The notes beneath the pieces were generated by a model. The model made no database searches. It worked only from the letters and a program-made list of their open reading frames with translations, and had not been told where the DNA came from. Position numbers and translations under genes: made by a program. Below, piece by piece: positions 8,798 to 19,106 of a stretch of DNA of 64,000 nucleotides (position 1 is the stretch's first letter; each line of letters starts with the position of its first letter). The DNA is from Escherichia coli. Lineage in GTDB: Bacteria; Pseudomonadota; Gammaproteobacteria; Enterobacterales; Enterobacteriaceae. The DNA is taken from the NCBI RefSeq assembly GCF_003334815.1, contig NZ_QOWO01000016.1; one strand, 5' to 3'.

Positions 8798-10625
8798 ATT
8801 TGAGCTTAAGGCGTTGATCACCGGTGTCGACAGGCTTTCTCCCGCGCTGTCGAAAATGCAAAAGAAAATCCGGGGATTTAAACGCCAGGCGGAAGAAGCG
8901 TCACAGGGGGGGCTGGCGCTTGGTGGCGGACTGGCAGCGGGTCTGACGCTTTCCCTGAAATCTTATGCCGATCAGGAAAACGCTGCCACCGGGCTGAAAG
9001 TCGCCATGATGGATGCGAACGGCGAGGTTGGAAAGCGCTTTCAGGACATCAATAAACTGGCTATTGGCCTGGGTAACCAGCTACCCGGTACAACGGCTGA
9101 TTTCCAGAACATGATGCAGATGCTGGTGCGTCAGGGGATCCCGGCAGAAAACATTCTTGGCGGTGTGGGTAAAGCGACAGCTTATCTTGCGGTACAACTG
9201 AAAAAAACACCGGAAGCGGCTGCCGAGTTTGCCGCAAAGATGCAGGATGCTACCGGAACGGCGTCAGAAGACATGATGGGGCTGTTCGACACAATTCAGA
9301 AGGCGTTTTATCTGGGCGTTGACGATACCAACATGTTGTCCTTCTTCACTAAAACCAGCTCTGTTCTGAAGATGGTGAACAAGGACGGTCTTCAGGCTGC
9401 ACAGAGCCTTGCCCCCATCAGCGTCATGATGGATCAGATGGGGATGAACGGGGAGTCGGCAGGTAACGCCCTGCGAAAAGTTATCCAGTCCGGATTAAGC
9501 GTTAAGAAAATCAGGGACGTCAATAAAATCATGGCCCGCCAGAAACTCGGGGTACAGCTCGATTTTACTGACGGCAAAGGGAGTTTTGGCGGTCTTGATA
9601 ACATGTTCAGGCAACTGGCAAAGCTGCGAAAACTGACCGACGTTAAACGAACTGGTGTACTTAAGGCAATATTTGGTGATGATGCTGAAACCCTTCAGGT
9701 GGTCAATGCGCTGATCGATAAAGGAAAGGATGGTTACGATCAGATCCAGCAGAAGATGAATAAACAGGCCAGCCTGAATAAACGTGTTCAGGCACAGCTT
9801 GGTACGCTGTCCAACCTGTGGGAGGCAATGACGGGGACCGCAACTAACGGTCTTGCAGCTATTGGCGGCGCATTTTCTGGTGACGCTAAAAATATCACGC
9901 AATGGCTGGGGGAGTTGGGGGAAAAATTCACGAAGTTTGCGGATGAAAATCCCCGGGTTATTCGCGGCGTCGTCGGGCTTGCTGCCGGTCTTGCGATTCT
10001 GAAACTGGGATTGATGGGCGTGGGCGGTGCCATCAGTATTGTCAGCAGGATCATGTCGATGACGCCGATTGGCATGATTGCGACGGCGATAGCCCTGGCT
10101 GCGGGATTAATTATCACTAACTGGGATGTTGTCGGACCTTATTTCAAGAAGCTCTGGGAAACCATTGGTCCTTATTTTGAGGCTGGCTGGGAACTCCTTA
10201 AGAAAGTTTTTGCCTGGTCGCCGCTGGGGATGGTGATCAATAACTGGGGGCCGGTTGTTAAGTGGTTTCAGGATATGTGGGACAAGCTGAAGCCAATTAT
10301 TGAGTGGTTTACCGACAGTTCCGGTGACACGGTCGATGCCATTAACTCTGCGCAGTGGGGCGCGGGTGCTTATGATGCTTATGGGACGGGAATACCGGCG
10401 CGGGGATACACACCTTATCCGGCGGTAGAGCCGGCTCAGTCAAACAACGCCTCCGATGCCACAGGCCCGAATCCCTTCATGATCAACAAAGCTTCTGCGC
10501 CAAAAGTTGATGGTGAGATCAAGGTCTCTTTTGTGAATTCGCCTCCGGGTATGCGGGTTATGGAAACGCGATCCAGCGGTTTTGATGTCAGCCATGATGT
10601 TGGCTATACGCGCTTTGGCAGGTAA
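8790..10625 (+). CDS. tail tape measure protein
   Basis: 611-aa ORF after chaperone pair; Ala/Gly-rich helical N-half and hydrophobic segment, typical of tape measure proteins. Confidence 0.85.
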   Translation: MAEFELKALITGVDRLSPALSKMQKKIRGFKRQAEEASQGGLALGGGLAAGLTLSLKSYADQENAATGLKVAMMDANGEVGKRFQDINKLAIGLGNQLPGTTADFQNMMQMLVRQGIPAENILGGVGKATAYLAVQLKKTPEAAAEFAAKMQDATGTASEDMMGLFDTIQKAFYLGVDDTNMLSFFTKTSSVLKMVNKDGLQAAQSLAPISVMMDQMGMNGESAGNALRKVIQSGLSVKKIRDVNKIMARQKLGVQLDFTDGKGSFGGLDNMFRQLAKLRKLTDVKRTGVLKAIFGDDAETLQVVNALIDKGKDGYDQIQQKMNKQASLNKRVQAQLGTLSNLWEAMTGTATNGLAAIGGAFSGDAKNITQWLGELGEKFTKFADENPRVIRGVVGLAAGLAILKLGLMGVGGAISIVSRIMSMTPIGMIATAIALAAGLIITNWDVVGPYFKKLWETIGPYFEAGWELLKKVFAWSPLGMVINNWGPVVKWFQDMWDKLKPIIEWFTDSSGDTVDAINSAQWGAGAYDAYGTGIPARGYTPYPAVEPAQSNNASDATGPNPFMINKASAPKVDGEIKVSFVNSPPGMRVMETRSSGFDVSHDVGYTRFGR

Positions 10626-10685
10626 TGAAAAATTAATCTGTTAATGAGTCCCACTCCGGTGGGATTTTTTATGTACGGAGTTTAT

Positions 10686-12014
10686 ATGACGTGGAAAGAC
10701 AGACTTCAGGACGCGTCATTTCGCGGTGTGCCGTTTAAGGTTGAAGAAGAAAGTGCGGGAACCGGTCGCCGTGTGGAAACACATGAATACCCGAACCGCG
10801 ACAAACCCTATACCGAAGACCTGGGGAAAATCACTTTCCGCCCGTCCATCACGGCTTATGTGGTGGGAGATGACTGTTTTGACCAGCGCGATCGCCTGAT
10901 TGACGCGCTGAATAAACCCGGTCCCGGCACGCTTGTCCATCCGACATACGGTGAGCTGAAAGTCTGTGTTGACGGGGAAGTTCGGGTCAGCACATCGAAA
11001 AGTGAAGGACGTATTGTCCGCTTTGACCTGAAGTTTGTCGAAGCGGGAGAACTCTCTTACCCCACATCAGGTGCGGCGACGGCGCAGACGCTGATGTCAT
11101 CCTGTTCTGCACTGGATGACTGCATCAGTGACAGTTTCAGTAGTTTCAGTATCGATGGCGTGGCAGATTTTGTGCAGAACGACGTCGTCGGTAATGCCAG
11201 CACAATGCTTGGGTATGTTTCTGATGCGATGAAAGTGGTGGATTCTGCCGTATCGGATGCCGCCAGGCTGTTGCAGGGGGATATCTCGGTACTTCTGCCG
11301 CCGCCATCGTCAGGCAAAAATTTCGTTGAGCAGGTGCAGAAAATGTGGCGTACCGGGAAACGCCTTTATGGTAACGCCAGCGACCTGGTCACCATGATCA
11401 AAACGCTTTCCGGTGTCAGCCTCGGCAGCGATCTGCAACCGCGCGGCGTCTGGAAAACGGACAGTAAAACCACCGCCACGGCTACGCAGCAGCGTAACGT
11501 GGTTGCCAGCACCCTTCGTACGACCGCAATCAGCGAAGCGGCGTATGCCGTCACCCGATTGCCTGCGCCAACAACTTCCGCGGTGATGCAGAATGCCGCA
11601 GTGGGGCAGGCAACAACACCTGCGCAGAGCACTGGCTGGCCTTCCGTCACGCATCCGGCACTGAACAATGCACCGGCGGTGAAAAACACAGTTGACCTGC
11701 CGACGTGGGAAGAACTGACTGACATTCGCGACACACTGAATACGGCAATTGATAAGGAGTTGTCCCGTACAACCAGTGATGCGCTGTTTCTGGCGCTGCG
11801 CCGGGTGAAAGCAGATCTGAATGCGGATATCAACACGCGCCTTGAACAGTCTGCACGGATCATTCAGCGCACGCCGGATGAGGTTTTACCCGCGCTGGTG
11901 CTGGCGGCGACCTGGTTTGATAACGCGGCGCGTGACGCGGACATTATCCGGCGTAATGCCATTACGCATCCCGGCTTTGTGCCGGTGATCCCTCTGAAGG
12001 TGCCAGTGCAATGA
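10686..12014 (+). CDS. DNA circularisation protein (Mu gpN-like)
   Basis: ORF open from 10644; start placed at ATG 10686 with GGAG 7 nt upstream (MTWKDRLQDASFRGVPF...); synteny after tape measure. Confidence 0.75.
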   Translation: MTWKDRLQDASFRGVPFKVEEESAGTGRRVETHEYPNRDKPYTEDLGKITFRPSITAYVVGDDCFDQRDRLIDALNKPGPGTLVHPTYGELKVCVDGEVRVSTSKSEGRIVRFDLKFVEAGELSYPTSGAATAQTLMSSCSALDDCISDSFSSFSIDGVADFVQNDVVGNASTMLGYVSDAMKVVDSAVSDAARLLQGDISVLLPPPSSGKNFVEQVQKMWRTGKRLYGNASDLVTMIKTLSGVSLGSDLQPRGVWKTDSKTTATATQQRNVVASTLRTTAISEAAYAVTRLPAPTTSAVMQNAAVGQATTPAQSTGWPSVTHPALNNAPAVKNTVDLPTWEELTDIRDTLNTAIDKELSRTTSDALFLALRRVKADLNADINTRLEQSARIIQRTPDEVLPALVLAATWFDNAARDADIIRRNAITHPGFVPVIPLKVPVQ

Positions 12015-13090
12015 ACGATAACGTCACGCTACGGGTAAATGGCCGGGAGTGGAATGGCTGGACATCGGTGCGCATCGGTGCCGGTATTGAACGGCTGGCG
12101 CGGGATTTCAGTGTGGAGATCACTCGCCAGTGGCCGGGAGATGAGGGTATCACCACGCTTCAGCCGCGCATTAAAAACGGTTCAAAAGTGGAAGTGCTGA
12201 TTGGTGATGAGCTGGTGATCACCGGCTGGGTGGAGGCGACGCCCGTTCGGTACGATGCCCGTTCGGTCAGCACCGGTATTGCCGGACGCAGTCTGACGGC
12301 TGACCTGATTGACTGTGCAGCCGAACCGACACAGTTTAACGGACGCTCGCTGGTGCAGATTGCGCAGGCGCTTGCTGCGCCTTTCGGTATTGAGGTGGTG
12401 AACAGCGGTGCGCCGTCGGGTGTTATTCCTGATGTTCAGCCTGATCACGGTGAAACGGTGATTGAGGTAATCAACAAAATACTCGGTCAGCAGCAGGCGC
12501 TGGCTTACGACGACCCGCACGGCAGGCTGGTGATTGGCGGTATTGGCTCAACGCGGGCACATACCGCGCTGGTACTTGGGGAAAACATCCTTTCCTGTGA
12601 TACGGAGAAGAGTATCCGGGAGCGGTTTTCTGTTTACCAGGTGGCGGGGCAGCGTGCCGGAAACGACGATGATTTCGGTGAGGCCACCACCACCGCGCTG
12701 CGGGCCCGCACAGAGGACGCATTTATTGCCCGTTACCGTCCGATGTATATCAGGCAGACAGGGCAGGCTACGGGGGCAGGCTGTATTGCGCGTGCTGACT
12801 TTGAAGCCCGGCAACGGGCGGCGCGGACGGATGAAACCACCTATGTGGTGCAGGGCTGGCGACAGGGTAACGGTACGCTGTGGCAACCCAACCAGCGGGT
12901 GATTGTCTTTGATCCGGTCTGTGGTTTTGACAATACCGAACTGCTTGTTTCGGAAGTCACGTTTACTCAGGACCAGAACGGCACCCTGACGGAAATCCGT
13001 GTCGGCCCGCCTGATGCTTATCTGCCTGAACCTGAAGCCCCCGGCGCGCGGAAAAAGAAAAAAGCCAGAGTACAGGAGGACCCGTTCTGA
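12011..13090 (+). CDS. tail/baseplate hub protein (Mu gpP / P2 gpD-like)
   Basis: 359-aa ORF overlapping previous stop; position in Mu-like tail module. Confidence 0.75.
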   Translation: MNDNVTLRVNGREWNGWTSVRIGAGIERLARDFSVEITRQWPGDEGITTLQPRIKNGSKVEVLIGDELVITGWVEATPVRYDARSVSTGIAGRSLTADLIDCAAEPTQFNGRSLVQIAQALAAPFGIEVVNSGAPSGVIPDVQPDHGETVIEVINKILGQQQALAYDDPHGRLVIGGIGSTRAHTALVLGENILSCDTEKSIRERFSVYQVAGQRAGNDDDFGEATTTALRARTEDAFIARYRPMYIRQTGQATGAGCIARADFEARQRAARTDETTYVVQGWRQGNGTLWQPNQRVIVFDPVCGFDNTELLVSEVTFTQDQNGTLTEIRVGPPDAYLPEPEAPGARKKKKARVQEDPF

Positions 13091-13638
13091 TGAGGACGAT
13101 TGAAGCCATGCAGCGACAACTTCTCGGCCTGATTGGGCGGGCAGTGGTGAAAAGCATCAGTGCCGCCACGAAATGTCAGACCGTGGATGTGTCCCTGATT
13201 GCCGGTGAACCCAAAGCCGGGGTTGAACATCTTGAACCCTACGGTTTTACCGCAAGGGCAAACAGCGGTGCGGAAGCGGTGGTGTTGTTTCCGGATGGCG
13301 ACCGTTCTCATGCGGTGGTTGTTACGGTGTCGGACCGGCGCTACCGCCTGAAAGGGCTGCAGACGGGTGAGGTGGCTGTCTATGACGATCAGGGGCAGTC
13401 TGTGACGCTGACCCGGGAGGGGATCGTGGTGGACGGTGCAGGTAAAACGATCACGTTTCGCAATGCGCCCAGAGCACGTTTTGAAATGGACCTGGAAGTG
13501 ACCGGACAGGTGAAAGACCTGTGCGACTCCGGCGGCACCACCATGTCAGCGATGCGGCTTGCCTATAACGGCCATTGTCACAGAGAGAACGGTCAGGGCA
13601 GTAACACCGACAAACCGGATAAAGCGATGGAGGCATGA
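13090..13638 (+). CDS. baseplate assembly protein V-like (spike)
   Basis: 182-aa ORF; synteny. Confidence 0.7.
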   Translation: MRTIEAMQRQLLGLIGRAVVKSISAATKCQTVDVSLIAGEPKAGVEHLEPYGFTARANSGAEAVVLFPDGDRSHAVVVTVSDRRYRLKGLQTGEVAVYDDQGQSVTLTREGIVVDGAGKTITFRNAPRARFEMDLEVTGQVKDLCDSGGTTMSAMRLAYNGHCHRENGQGSNTDKPDKAMEA

Positions 13639-14063
13639 TGGAACTGTGGCTGACGGTGAACGGTAAACGCACCTGCGCCAGCGCACCGCTGGATCCGCTG
13701 ACCCGCGCCGTGGTGATTTCCCTGTTTACCTGGCGGCGGGCGGAGCCTGATGACAATGCCGACGTCCCGATGGGATGGTGGGGGGATACCTGGCCTGCGG
13801 TACAGAATGACCGTTACGGCTCCCGGCTGTGGCTGCTTCAGCGCGGCAAACTGACCAATCAGCTGGTGCAGACGGTAAGGGGGTATATCCGCGAATGCCT
13901 GCAATGGATGATTGATGACGGTGTGGTGTCCCGTATTGATCTGGATATCCGCCGCACCGGGATTAATGAACTGGGTAACAGTATCACTCTCTGGCGTCGT
14001 GACGGACCGGTAATGATTTCTTTTGATGATCTGTGGAGTGCGATAACGCATGGCGGACAGTGA
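13635..14063 (+). CDS. baseplate protein (GP46 / gpW-like)
   Basis: 142-aa ORF with overlapping start; synteny between V-like and J-like genes. Confidence 0.7.
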   Translation: MMELWLTVNGKRTCASAPLDPLTRAVVISLFTWRRAEPDDNADVPMGWWGDTWPAVQNDRYGSRLWLLQRGKLTNQLVQTVRGYIRECLQWMIDDGVVSRIDLDIRRTGINELGNSITLWRRDGPVMISFDDLWSAITHGGQ

Positions 14064-15108
14064 ATTTCAGCGCCCGACGCTGGCAGAAAATATCAGTATG
14101 CTCCGTAACGATTTATTCGCCAGGCTGGACGTCAGCGACACGCTCCGGCGCATGGATGAAGACGTGCGGGCAAAGGTGTATGCGGCGGCGCTGCATACGG
14201 TTTACGGTTACATCGATTATCTGGCAATGAACATGCTGCCTGACCTGTGCGATGAGTCCTGGCTGGCGCGACATGCTGCGATGAAACGGTGTCCGCGCAA
14301 GGGGGCCACGTCTGCCAGCGGGTATATGCGCTGGGAAGGTGTCAGCGATGGCCTGAAGGTGACCGCCGGGAGTGTTATTCAGCGCGATGACCTGGTTCAG
14401 TACACGGCAACTTCTGATGCAACCAGCTCAGGTGGAGTCCTGCGCGTGCCGATCGCCTGCTCAACTGCAGGCGCGGTCGGTAACGCTGACGACGGTACGG
14501 CATTAATCCTGGTCACGCCGGTGAATGGTCTGCCGTCTTCCGGTGTGGCAGATACCCTGACTGGCGGATTCGATACTGAAGATCTGGAAACGTGGCGCGC
14601 CCGCGTCATTGAGCGGTATTACTGGACGCCGCAGGGCGGGGCTGACGGGGACTATGTCGTCTGGGCTAAAGAAGTGCCCGGCATTACCCGCGCATGGACA
14701 TACCGTCACTGGATGGGAACGGGGACTGTCGGTGTGATGATTGCCGGCAGTGACCTGATTAATCCCATTCCGGAAGAATCAACGGAAACGGCGGCAAGAC
14801 AACATATCGGGCCACTGGCCCCGGTGGCAGGCTCTGATTTGTATGTGTTCAGGCCGGCGGCGCATACGGTGGATTTTCATATCCGCGTGACGCCGGACAC
14901 ACCAGAAATACGGGCTGCCATTACCGCGGAGTTGCGTTCGTTCCTGCTGCGTGATGGTTATCCGCAGGGAGAACTGAAGGTATCGCGTATCAGTGAGGCG
15001 ATTTCCGGTGCGAACGGGGAATACAGCCATCAGTTGCTTGCACCGGCGGACAATATCTCCATTGCAAAAAATGAACTGGCGGTTCTGGGGACGATTTCAT
15101 GGACGTGA
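14050..15108 (+). CDS. baseplate J-like protein
   Basis: 352-aa ORF; synteny and size. Confidence 0.8.
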   Translation: MADSEFQRPTLAENISMLRNDLFARLDVSDTLRRMDEDVRAKVYAAALHTVYGYIDYLAMNMLPDLCDESWLARHAAMKRCPRKGATSASGYMRWEGVSDGLKVTAGSVIQRDDLVQYTATSDATSSGGVLRVPIACSTAGAVGNADDGTALILVTPVNGLPSSGVADTLTGGFDTEDLETWRARVIERYYWTPQGGADGDYVVWAKEVPGITRAWTYRHWMGTGTVGVMIAGSDLINPIPEESTETAARQHIGPLAPVAGSDLYVFRPAAHTVDFHIRVTPDTPEIRAAITAELRSFLLRDGYPQGELKVSRISEAISGANGEYSHQLLAPADNISIAKNELAVLGTISWT

Positions 15109-15683
15109 CAAACGATGATTACATCCGTCTGTTGTCGGCACTGCTGCCGCCCGGTCCGGCGTGGTCAGCCAGCGATCCGGCGATTGCCGGTACGGCACCG
15201 TCATTAACCCGTGTTCATCAGCGTGCGGATGCCCTGATGCGGGAGCTGGATCCGCGCACCACCACCGAACTGATAAACCGCTGGGAGCGTCTGTGCGGCC
15301 TGCCGGATGAATGTATTCCTACAGGGACACAGACCCTTCGCCAGCGCCAGCAACGGCTGGATGCGAAGGTTAACCTGTCGGGTGGCATCAACGAGGATTT
15401 TTATCTTGCACAGCTTGCTGCCCTGGGCAGACCAGATGCTACCATCACGCGATACGACAAAAGCACGTTCACCTGCTCATCGGCCTGTACTGACGCGGTG
15501 AATGCGCCGGAATGGCGGTATTACTGGCAGATCAACATGCCAGCCGCCACCAACACCACCTGGATGACATGTGGCGATCCCTGTGATTCCGCACTGCGTA
15601 TCTGGGGCGACACCGTTGTCGAATGTGTGCTTAACAAACTCTGCCCGTCGCATACCTACGTAATTTTTAAATATCCGGAGTAA
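15099..15683 (+). CDS. tail protein (Mu gp48-like)
   Basis: 194-aa ORF overlapping J-like gene; precedes tail fibre. Confidence 0.7.
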   Translation: MDVTNDDYIRLLSALLPPGPAWSASDPAIAGTAPSLTRVHQRADALMRELDPRTTTELINRWERLCGLPDECIPTGTQTLRQRQQRLDAKVNLSGGINEDFYLAQLAALGRPDATITRYDKSTFTCSSACTDAVNAPEWRYYWQINMPAATNTTWMTCGDPCDSALRIWGDTVVECVLNKLCPSHTYVIFKYPE

Positions 15684-15686
15684 TCC

Positions 15687-16367
15687 ATGCATCGTATAGA
15701 CACGAAAACCGCGCAGAAGGATAAGTTCGGCGCGGGTAAGAACGGTTTTACCCGTGGTAACCCCCAGACTGGCACGCCTGCCACCGATCTGGATGATGAC
15801 TACTTTGATATGTTGCAGGAAGAACTCTGCAGCGTGGTGGAGGCATCCGGTGCCAGCCTGGAGAAGGCGCGGCACGACCAGTTGCTTACCGCGCTTCGTG
15901 CGCTGCTGTTAAGCCGCAAGAATCCGTTTGGCGATATCAAATCGGATGGCACGGTGAAAACGGCTCTCGAAAACCTTGGTTTGGGAGAAGCGGCAACGAG
16001 GAACGTCGGAACGGATACCGGGCAAGTACCAGATATGAGTAGTTTTACAACGGGGTACTCTGGAGCAGCAGACTGGCCGAATAGTAAATCTGGATGGAGT
16101 AAGGGGCCGGATGGGGTAATTACACAATGGGGTATTTTCGGTTTCCCCGTTGGACAGACAGGGACGAATGTTGTTTTCCCGCTACCTTTCCCCGCGCGGG
16201 TCGAATCAATTACACTGACAATGGCAGATATCCAGGAGTCTCTGCTTTCTCCAGCAACCATGCCTGCTTATGGAGTTAACTCAACTGGTACTTCAAGAAC
16301 GGGTTTTACAGCCCGTATGTCAGGCGCCGGTGGGTTTAATCTTTGCTATATAGCGAAAGGGAGATAA
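15687..16367 (+). CDS. tail fibre protein (constant N-terminal part + currently expressed variable C-terminal part)
   Basis: N-terminus [26 protein letters not shown]... is a conserved side-tail-fibre N-terminus; recombination site lies inside the gene at 15970..15990. Confidence 0.75.
   Translation: MHRIDTKTAQKDKFGAGKNGFTRGNPQTGTPATDLDDDYFDMLQEELCSVVEASGASLEKARHDQLLTALRALLLSRKNPFGDIKSDGTVKTALENLGLGEAATRNVGTDTGQVPDMSSFTTGYSGAADWPNSKSGWSKGPDGVITQWGIFGFPVGQTGTNVVFPLPFPARVESITLTMADIQESLLSPATMPAYGVNSTGTSRTGFTARMSGAGGFNLCYIAKGR
15970..15990 (+). repeat. gix/hix-like inversion crossover site (left), AAACC-TT-GGTTT core
   Basis: 21-bp sequence whose 20 of 21 positions recur as an inverted repeat at 17856..17876; lies inside the tail fibre ORF at codons for LGLGE. 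Confidence 0.6.
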
Positions 16368-16371
16368 CAGA

Positions 16372-16815
16372 ATGAATAAAGTTAAAAGTGTTTACAGCCC
16401 GTCCGAAAATGCAATCTACAACGCAGCGCTATATGAAAGTTATATCAAGGAGGGGACATGGCCGCAGGATGGTATTGAAATCAGCGATGAGGATGCTGTC
16501 AGATTTAATGGGGGAAATAAGCCAACAGGAAAAATGCTGGGAATGGTTTCAGGGACCCTTGCATGGGTTGATGAGCCGCCGCTTTCACCAGAACAGAAAA
16601 TATCAGATGCAGAAAACATGAAAGCCACATTTCGTGCAAAAGCTGACAGTGAAATATCCTGGCGTCAGGATGCTGTTGATGCTGGTATCGCAACTGATGA
16701 AGAAACTTCAACTCTCACCCAATGGAAGAAATACCGTGTGCTGCTGATGCGTGTTGATACTTCAACAGCACCCGATATTGAATGGCCTACGCCTCCGGCA
16801 GTCCAGGCCAGATGA
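16372..16815 (+). CDS. tail fibre assembly protein (orientation currently expressed)
   Basis: 147-aa ORF right after tail fibre; C-terminal WPTPP motif shared with the opposite-strand paralogue (WPGLP). Confidence 0.8.
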   Translation: MNKVKSVYSPSENAIYNAALYESYIKEGTWPQDGIEISDEDAVRFNGGNKPTGKMLGMVSGTLAWVDEPPLSPEQKISDAENMKATFRAKADSEISWRQDAVDAGIATDEETSTLTQWKKYRVLLMRVDTSTAPDIEWPTPPAVQAR

Positions 16816-17389
16816 CGTCCGGCGCTGTGCTGGTATCTGTTGCCGTCACCGCGTCAATGTAATCCAGCACGGCGTTAAGTCGGGTTGTTTCTGCCGGCGT
16901 CAACTTCCGTCCGGCCTGTAATTTCAACTGAATCAGACTGATGGAAGCCATTGCAGCATCAATCAGATACTGGCGCTGTGCTTCTGCCGCTTCTACTGCG
17001 GCGCTATGCTGTGCCTCAGTATCCGTCACCCATTTCTCACCATCCCATTTATCGTATGGCGTTAATGGGGCGATAGTGGTTGTATTATCAGGGTAATCAC
17101 CCGGAGCTGTGATTTCTTTGGCGTCTCCCGTTTCGGTGCTATAGACAATTTCACCACGATGGTCTGACACATATTCCCATGATTTTAAATCCATAGAACG
17201 GCAGATAGCATAACCCGCCTTATATGTGCCAGGTTCATCCAGACAGGAATATGCAGGGATACCGACACCAATGGCAAGATATTCATTTGAAGTAGAAATA
17301 TATTCCCGAGTTTTACCATCATAGTTATAGACGGTAATATTCCCCGCCTTCGTGGCAATAAGCTCGCTATTTAATACGGCGTTATCCAT
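16787..17389 (-). CDS. tail fibre assembly protein (alternative, inverted orientation)
   Basis: 200-aa ORF on opposite strand inside the invertible segment, convergent with the + strand assembly gene. Confidence 0.8.
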   Translation of the reverse strand: MDNAVLNSELIATKAGNITVYNYDGKTREYISTSNEYLAIGVGIPAYSCLDEPGTYKAGYAICRSMDLKSWEYVSDHRGEIVYSTETGDAKEITAPGDYPDNTTTIAPLTPYDKWDGEKWVTDTEAQHSAAVEAAEAQRQYLIDAAMASISLIQLKLQAGRKLTPAETTRLNAVLDYIDAVTATDTSTAPDVIWPGLPEA

Positions 17390-17870
17390 TATGCAGCCCT
17401 CACGATATAGTTAAATGCAATATTTCGTGGACGGGTTTCACTCCCGCCAGTATTACCGATACTCCCTCGTGAATGAAGTGTCGGTGATGGGATCAGACTC
17501 CCTCCTGTATTTGTGGCATCAAGTCCCCGTCCTTGTGTGTATGTCTTTTTGAAAATCGTAGCCAGTTCCCATTCATCTTTTGTGTCGTAACCATCATTGG
17601 CAACAACAATATGGCGGTGTTTTTCCAGCATCCCTGTCTGAATGCTCAATAAAACACGTCCTGCATCAATACCGCGCCCGTCATCCCAGCCACGAATAAA
17701 CTCACCACGTAAATCAGGCAATTTATTTGTCGGATAAGCCTTTGCCAGTTCCGGGTATTCTTCAGCAGAAAAAGCCGCACCGTTGCATTTCAGCCAGCCT
17801 GTTGGCGGTGTGGCTGAAGGCCATGGAACAGGCACACCAACAGGTAATGCAGAGCCTTCTCCCAAACCAA
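17389..17870 (-). CDS. alternative tail fibre variable C-terminal segment (promoterless; expressed after inversion)
   Basis: minus-strand ORF reading from the right crossover site; translation contains VGLGE at the junction matching LGLGE of the + strand fibre. Confidence 0.7.
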
Positions 17871-17876
17871 CGTTTA
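17856..17876 (-). repeat. gix/hix-like inversion crossover site (right)
   Basis: reverse complement carries TTGGTTTGGGAGAAG, identical to 15976..15990. Confidence 0.6.
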
Positions 17877-17936
17877 TGAAAATGCAGAAATAACGAGCAA
17901 ATGGCATCATTCCTGCTTTTGTCAGGGAGATCTACT

Positions 17937-18491
17937 ATGCTTATTGGCTATGTACGTGTGTCAACAAATGACCAGAACACAGATCTACAACGTAATGCGC
18001 TGAACTGTGCAGGATGCGAGCTGATTTTTGAAGACAAGATAAGCGGTACAAAGTCCGAAAGGCCGGGACTGAAAAAACTGCTCAGGACATTATCGGCAGG
18101 TGACACTCTGGTTGTCTGGAAGCTGGATCGGCTGGGGCGTAGTATGCGGCATCTGGTCATTCTGGTTGAGGAGTTGCGCGAACGTGGCGTTAATTTTCGC
18201 AGCCTGACGGATGCTATTGATACCAGCACACCGATGGGGCGTTTTTTCTTTCATGTGATGGGTGCCCTGGCTGAAATGGAACGAGAACTGATTGTTGAAC
18301 GAACAAAAGCTGGACTGGAAGCTGCTCGCGCACAGGGACGAATTGGGGGACGTCGTCCCAAACTTACACCAGAACAATGGGCGCAGGCCGGGCGATTAAT
18401 TGCATCAGGCGTTCCTCGCCAGAAGGTGGCGATCATCTATGATGTTGGTGTATCGACACTGTATAAGAAGTTTCCGGTCGGAGATAAATGA
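17937..18491 (+). CDS. DNA invertase, serine recombinase of Gin/Pin/Hin family
   Basis: 184 aa starting MLIGYVRVSTNDQ (catalytic Ser motif); GGGAG RBS; C-terminal HTH; adjacent to invertible segment. Confidence 0.9.
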   Translation: MLIGYVRVSTNDQNTDLQRNALNCAGCELIFEDKISGTKSERPGLKKLLRTLSAGDTLVVWKLDRLGRSMRHLVILVEELRERGVNFRSLTDAIDTSTPMGRFFFHVMGALAEMERELIVERTKAGLEAARAQGRIGGRRPKLTPEQWAQAGRLIASGVPRQKVAIIYDVGVSTLYKKFPVGDK

Positions 18492-18590
18492 AACCGCAGG
18501 CTCGTCGTATGCAAGAAAGTGCTGCGGCTGGCTGGTTAACTTCCGATAGTGAGAGTATTGAATGATTTCCAGTCGTTATCGATTTTACGT
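18489..18590 (+). repeat. direct repeat copy 1 (~100 bp) at left edge of cargo region
   Basis: TGAAACCGCAGGCTCGTCGTATGCAAGAAAGTGCTGCGGCTGGCTGG... recurs at 21775..21877 with a handful of mismatches. Confidence 0.7.
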
Positions 18591-18849
18591 ATTTTTTGCA
18601 TGAGATGATTTGAACGCCCTAGCACCAACCGTTCATGATTGCACGCCACTGTCTCTAGAACTGCTATGAGCATGAAGCCGCTGTTCAAACTAAGAATTTA
18701 TATGGCACTAACAGAAAAAATGTTACATATATGTTGAGCTTTAACGCAACATAGACATGTTCTATAGTTTGTGTCTCACCACCAGTTGAAAAAAAACGAA
18801 AATAGATTAACAATGTTCAGAAGAAACCTTCATAATAGAAGAGGTATAA

Positions 18850-19104
18850 ATGGGTAAGATTATTCGGTGGATGCTTTTTTTTGTCGGATTATTTTCCGTT
18901 GCATATTCAATATATAAATATCAACAATCTCCGCAGAGTTTATTTTACATAATCGGTGCTATAGGAACACTTTTATCTGCTACATGTGGTTTACTTGAGA
19001 TAAAAAGCAAGAAATCGAATGGCAGTATAACTGCTGGCGACAACTCAAATATCGTTGTCATTAATGGTTCAGAAAACACATCAAAAATAAAAAATAGAGG
19101 GTGA
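18850..19104 (+). CDS. small two-helix membrane protein (84 aa), unknown family - cassette 1 gene A
   Basis: ATG with AGAGG RBS ~7 nt upstream; two hydrophobic helices (res ~5-22, ~31-50) then polar tail containing GDNSNIVVINGSENT; hand-counted GC ~30-35%. Confidence 0.6.
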   Translation: MGKIIRWMLFFVGLFSVAYSIYKYQQSPQSLFYIIGAIGTLLSATCGLLEIKSKKSNGSITAGDNSNIVVINGSENTSKIKNRG

Positions 19105-19106
19105 TT

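Larger units (their letters stand above)
15976..17870. other. invertible tail-fibre host-range segment (Mu G-segment-like)
   Basis: bounded by inverted 15-21-bp repeats; contains variable tail-fibre end + assembly gene on + strand and alternative promoterless pair on - strand; invertase gene immediately adjacent. Confidence 0.65.

Noticed and set aside
11366-11863. 165-aa minus-strand ORF inside the gpN-like gene
   Set aside because: Antisense to a structural gene; Ala/Arg/Ser-rich composition typical of GC-driven spurious frames.
17871-17910. 5' extension of the minus-strand fibre segment ORF to 17910
   Set aside because: Sequence beyond the crossover site would not be part of the fused fibre after inversion; the ATG there lacks an RBS.
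18488-18565. 25-codon ORF overlapping the invertase stop codon (ATGA overlap)
   Set aside because: Lies inside the duplicated flank, and the second copy at 21775 has an earlier stop, so the frame is not conserved.
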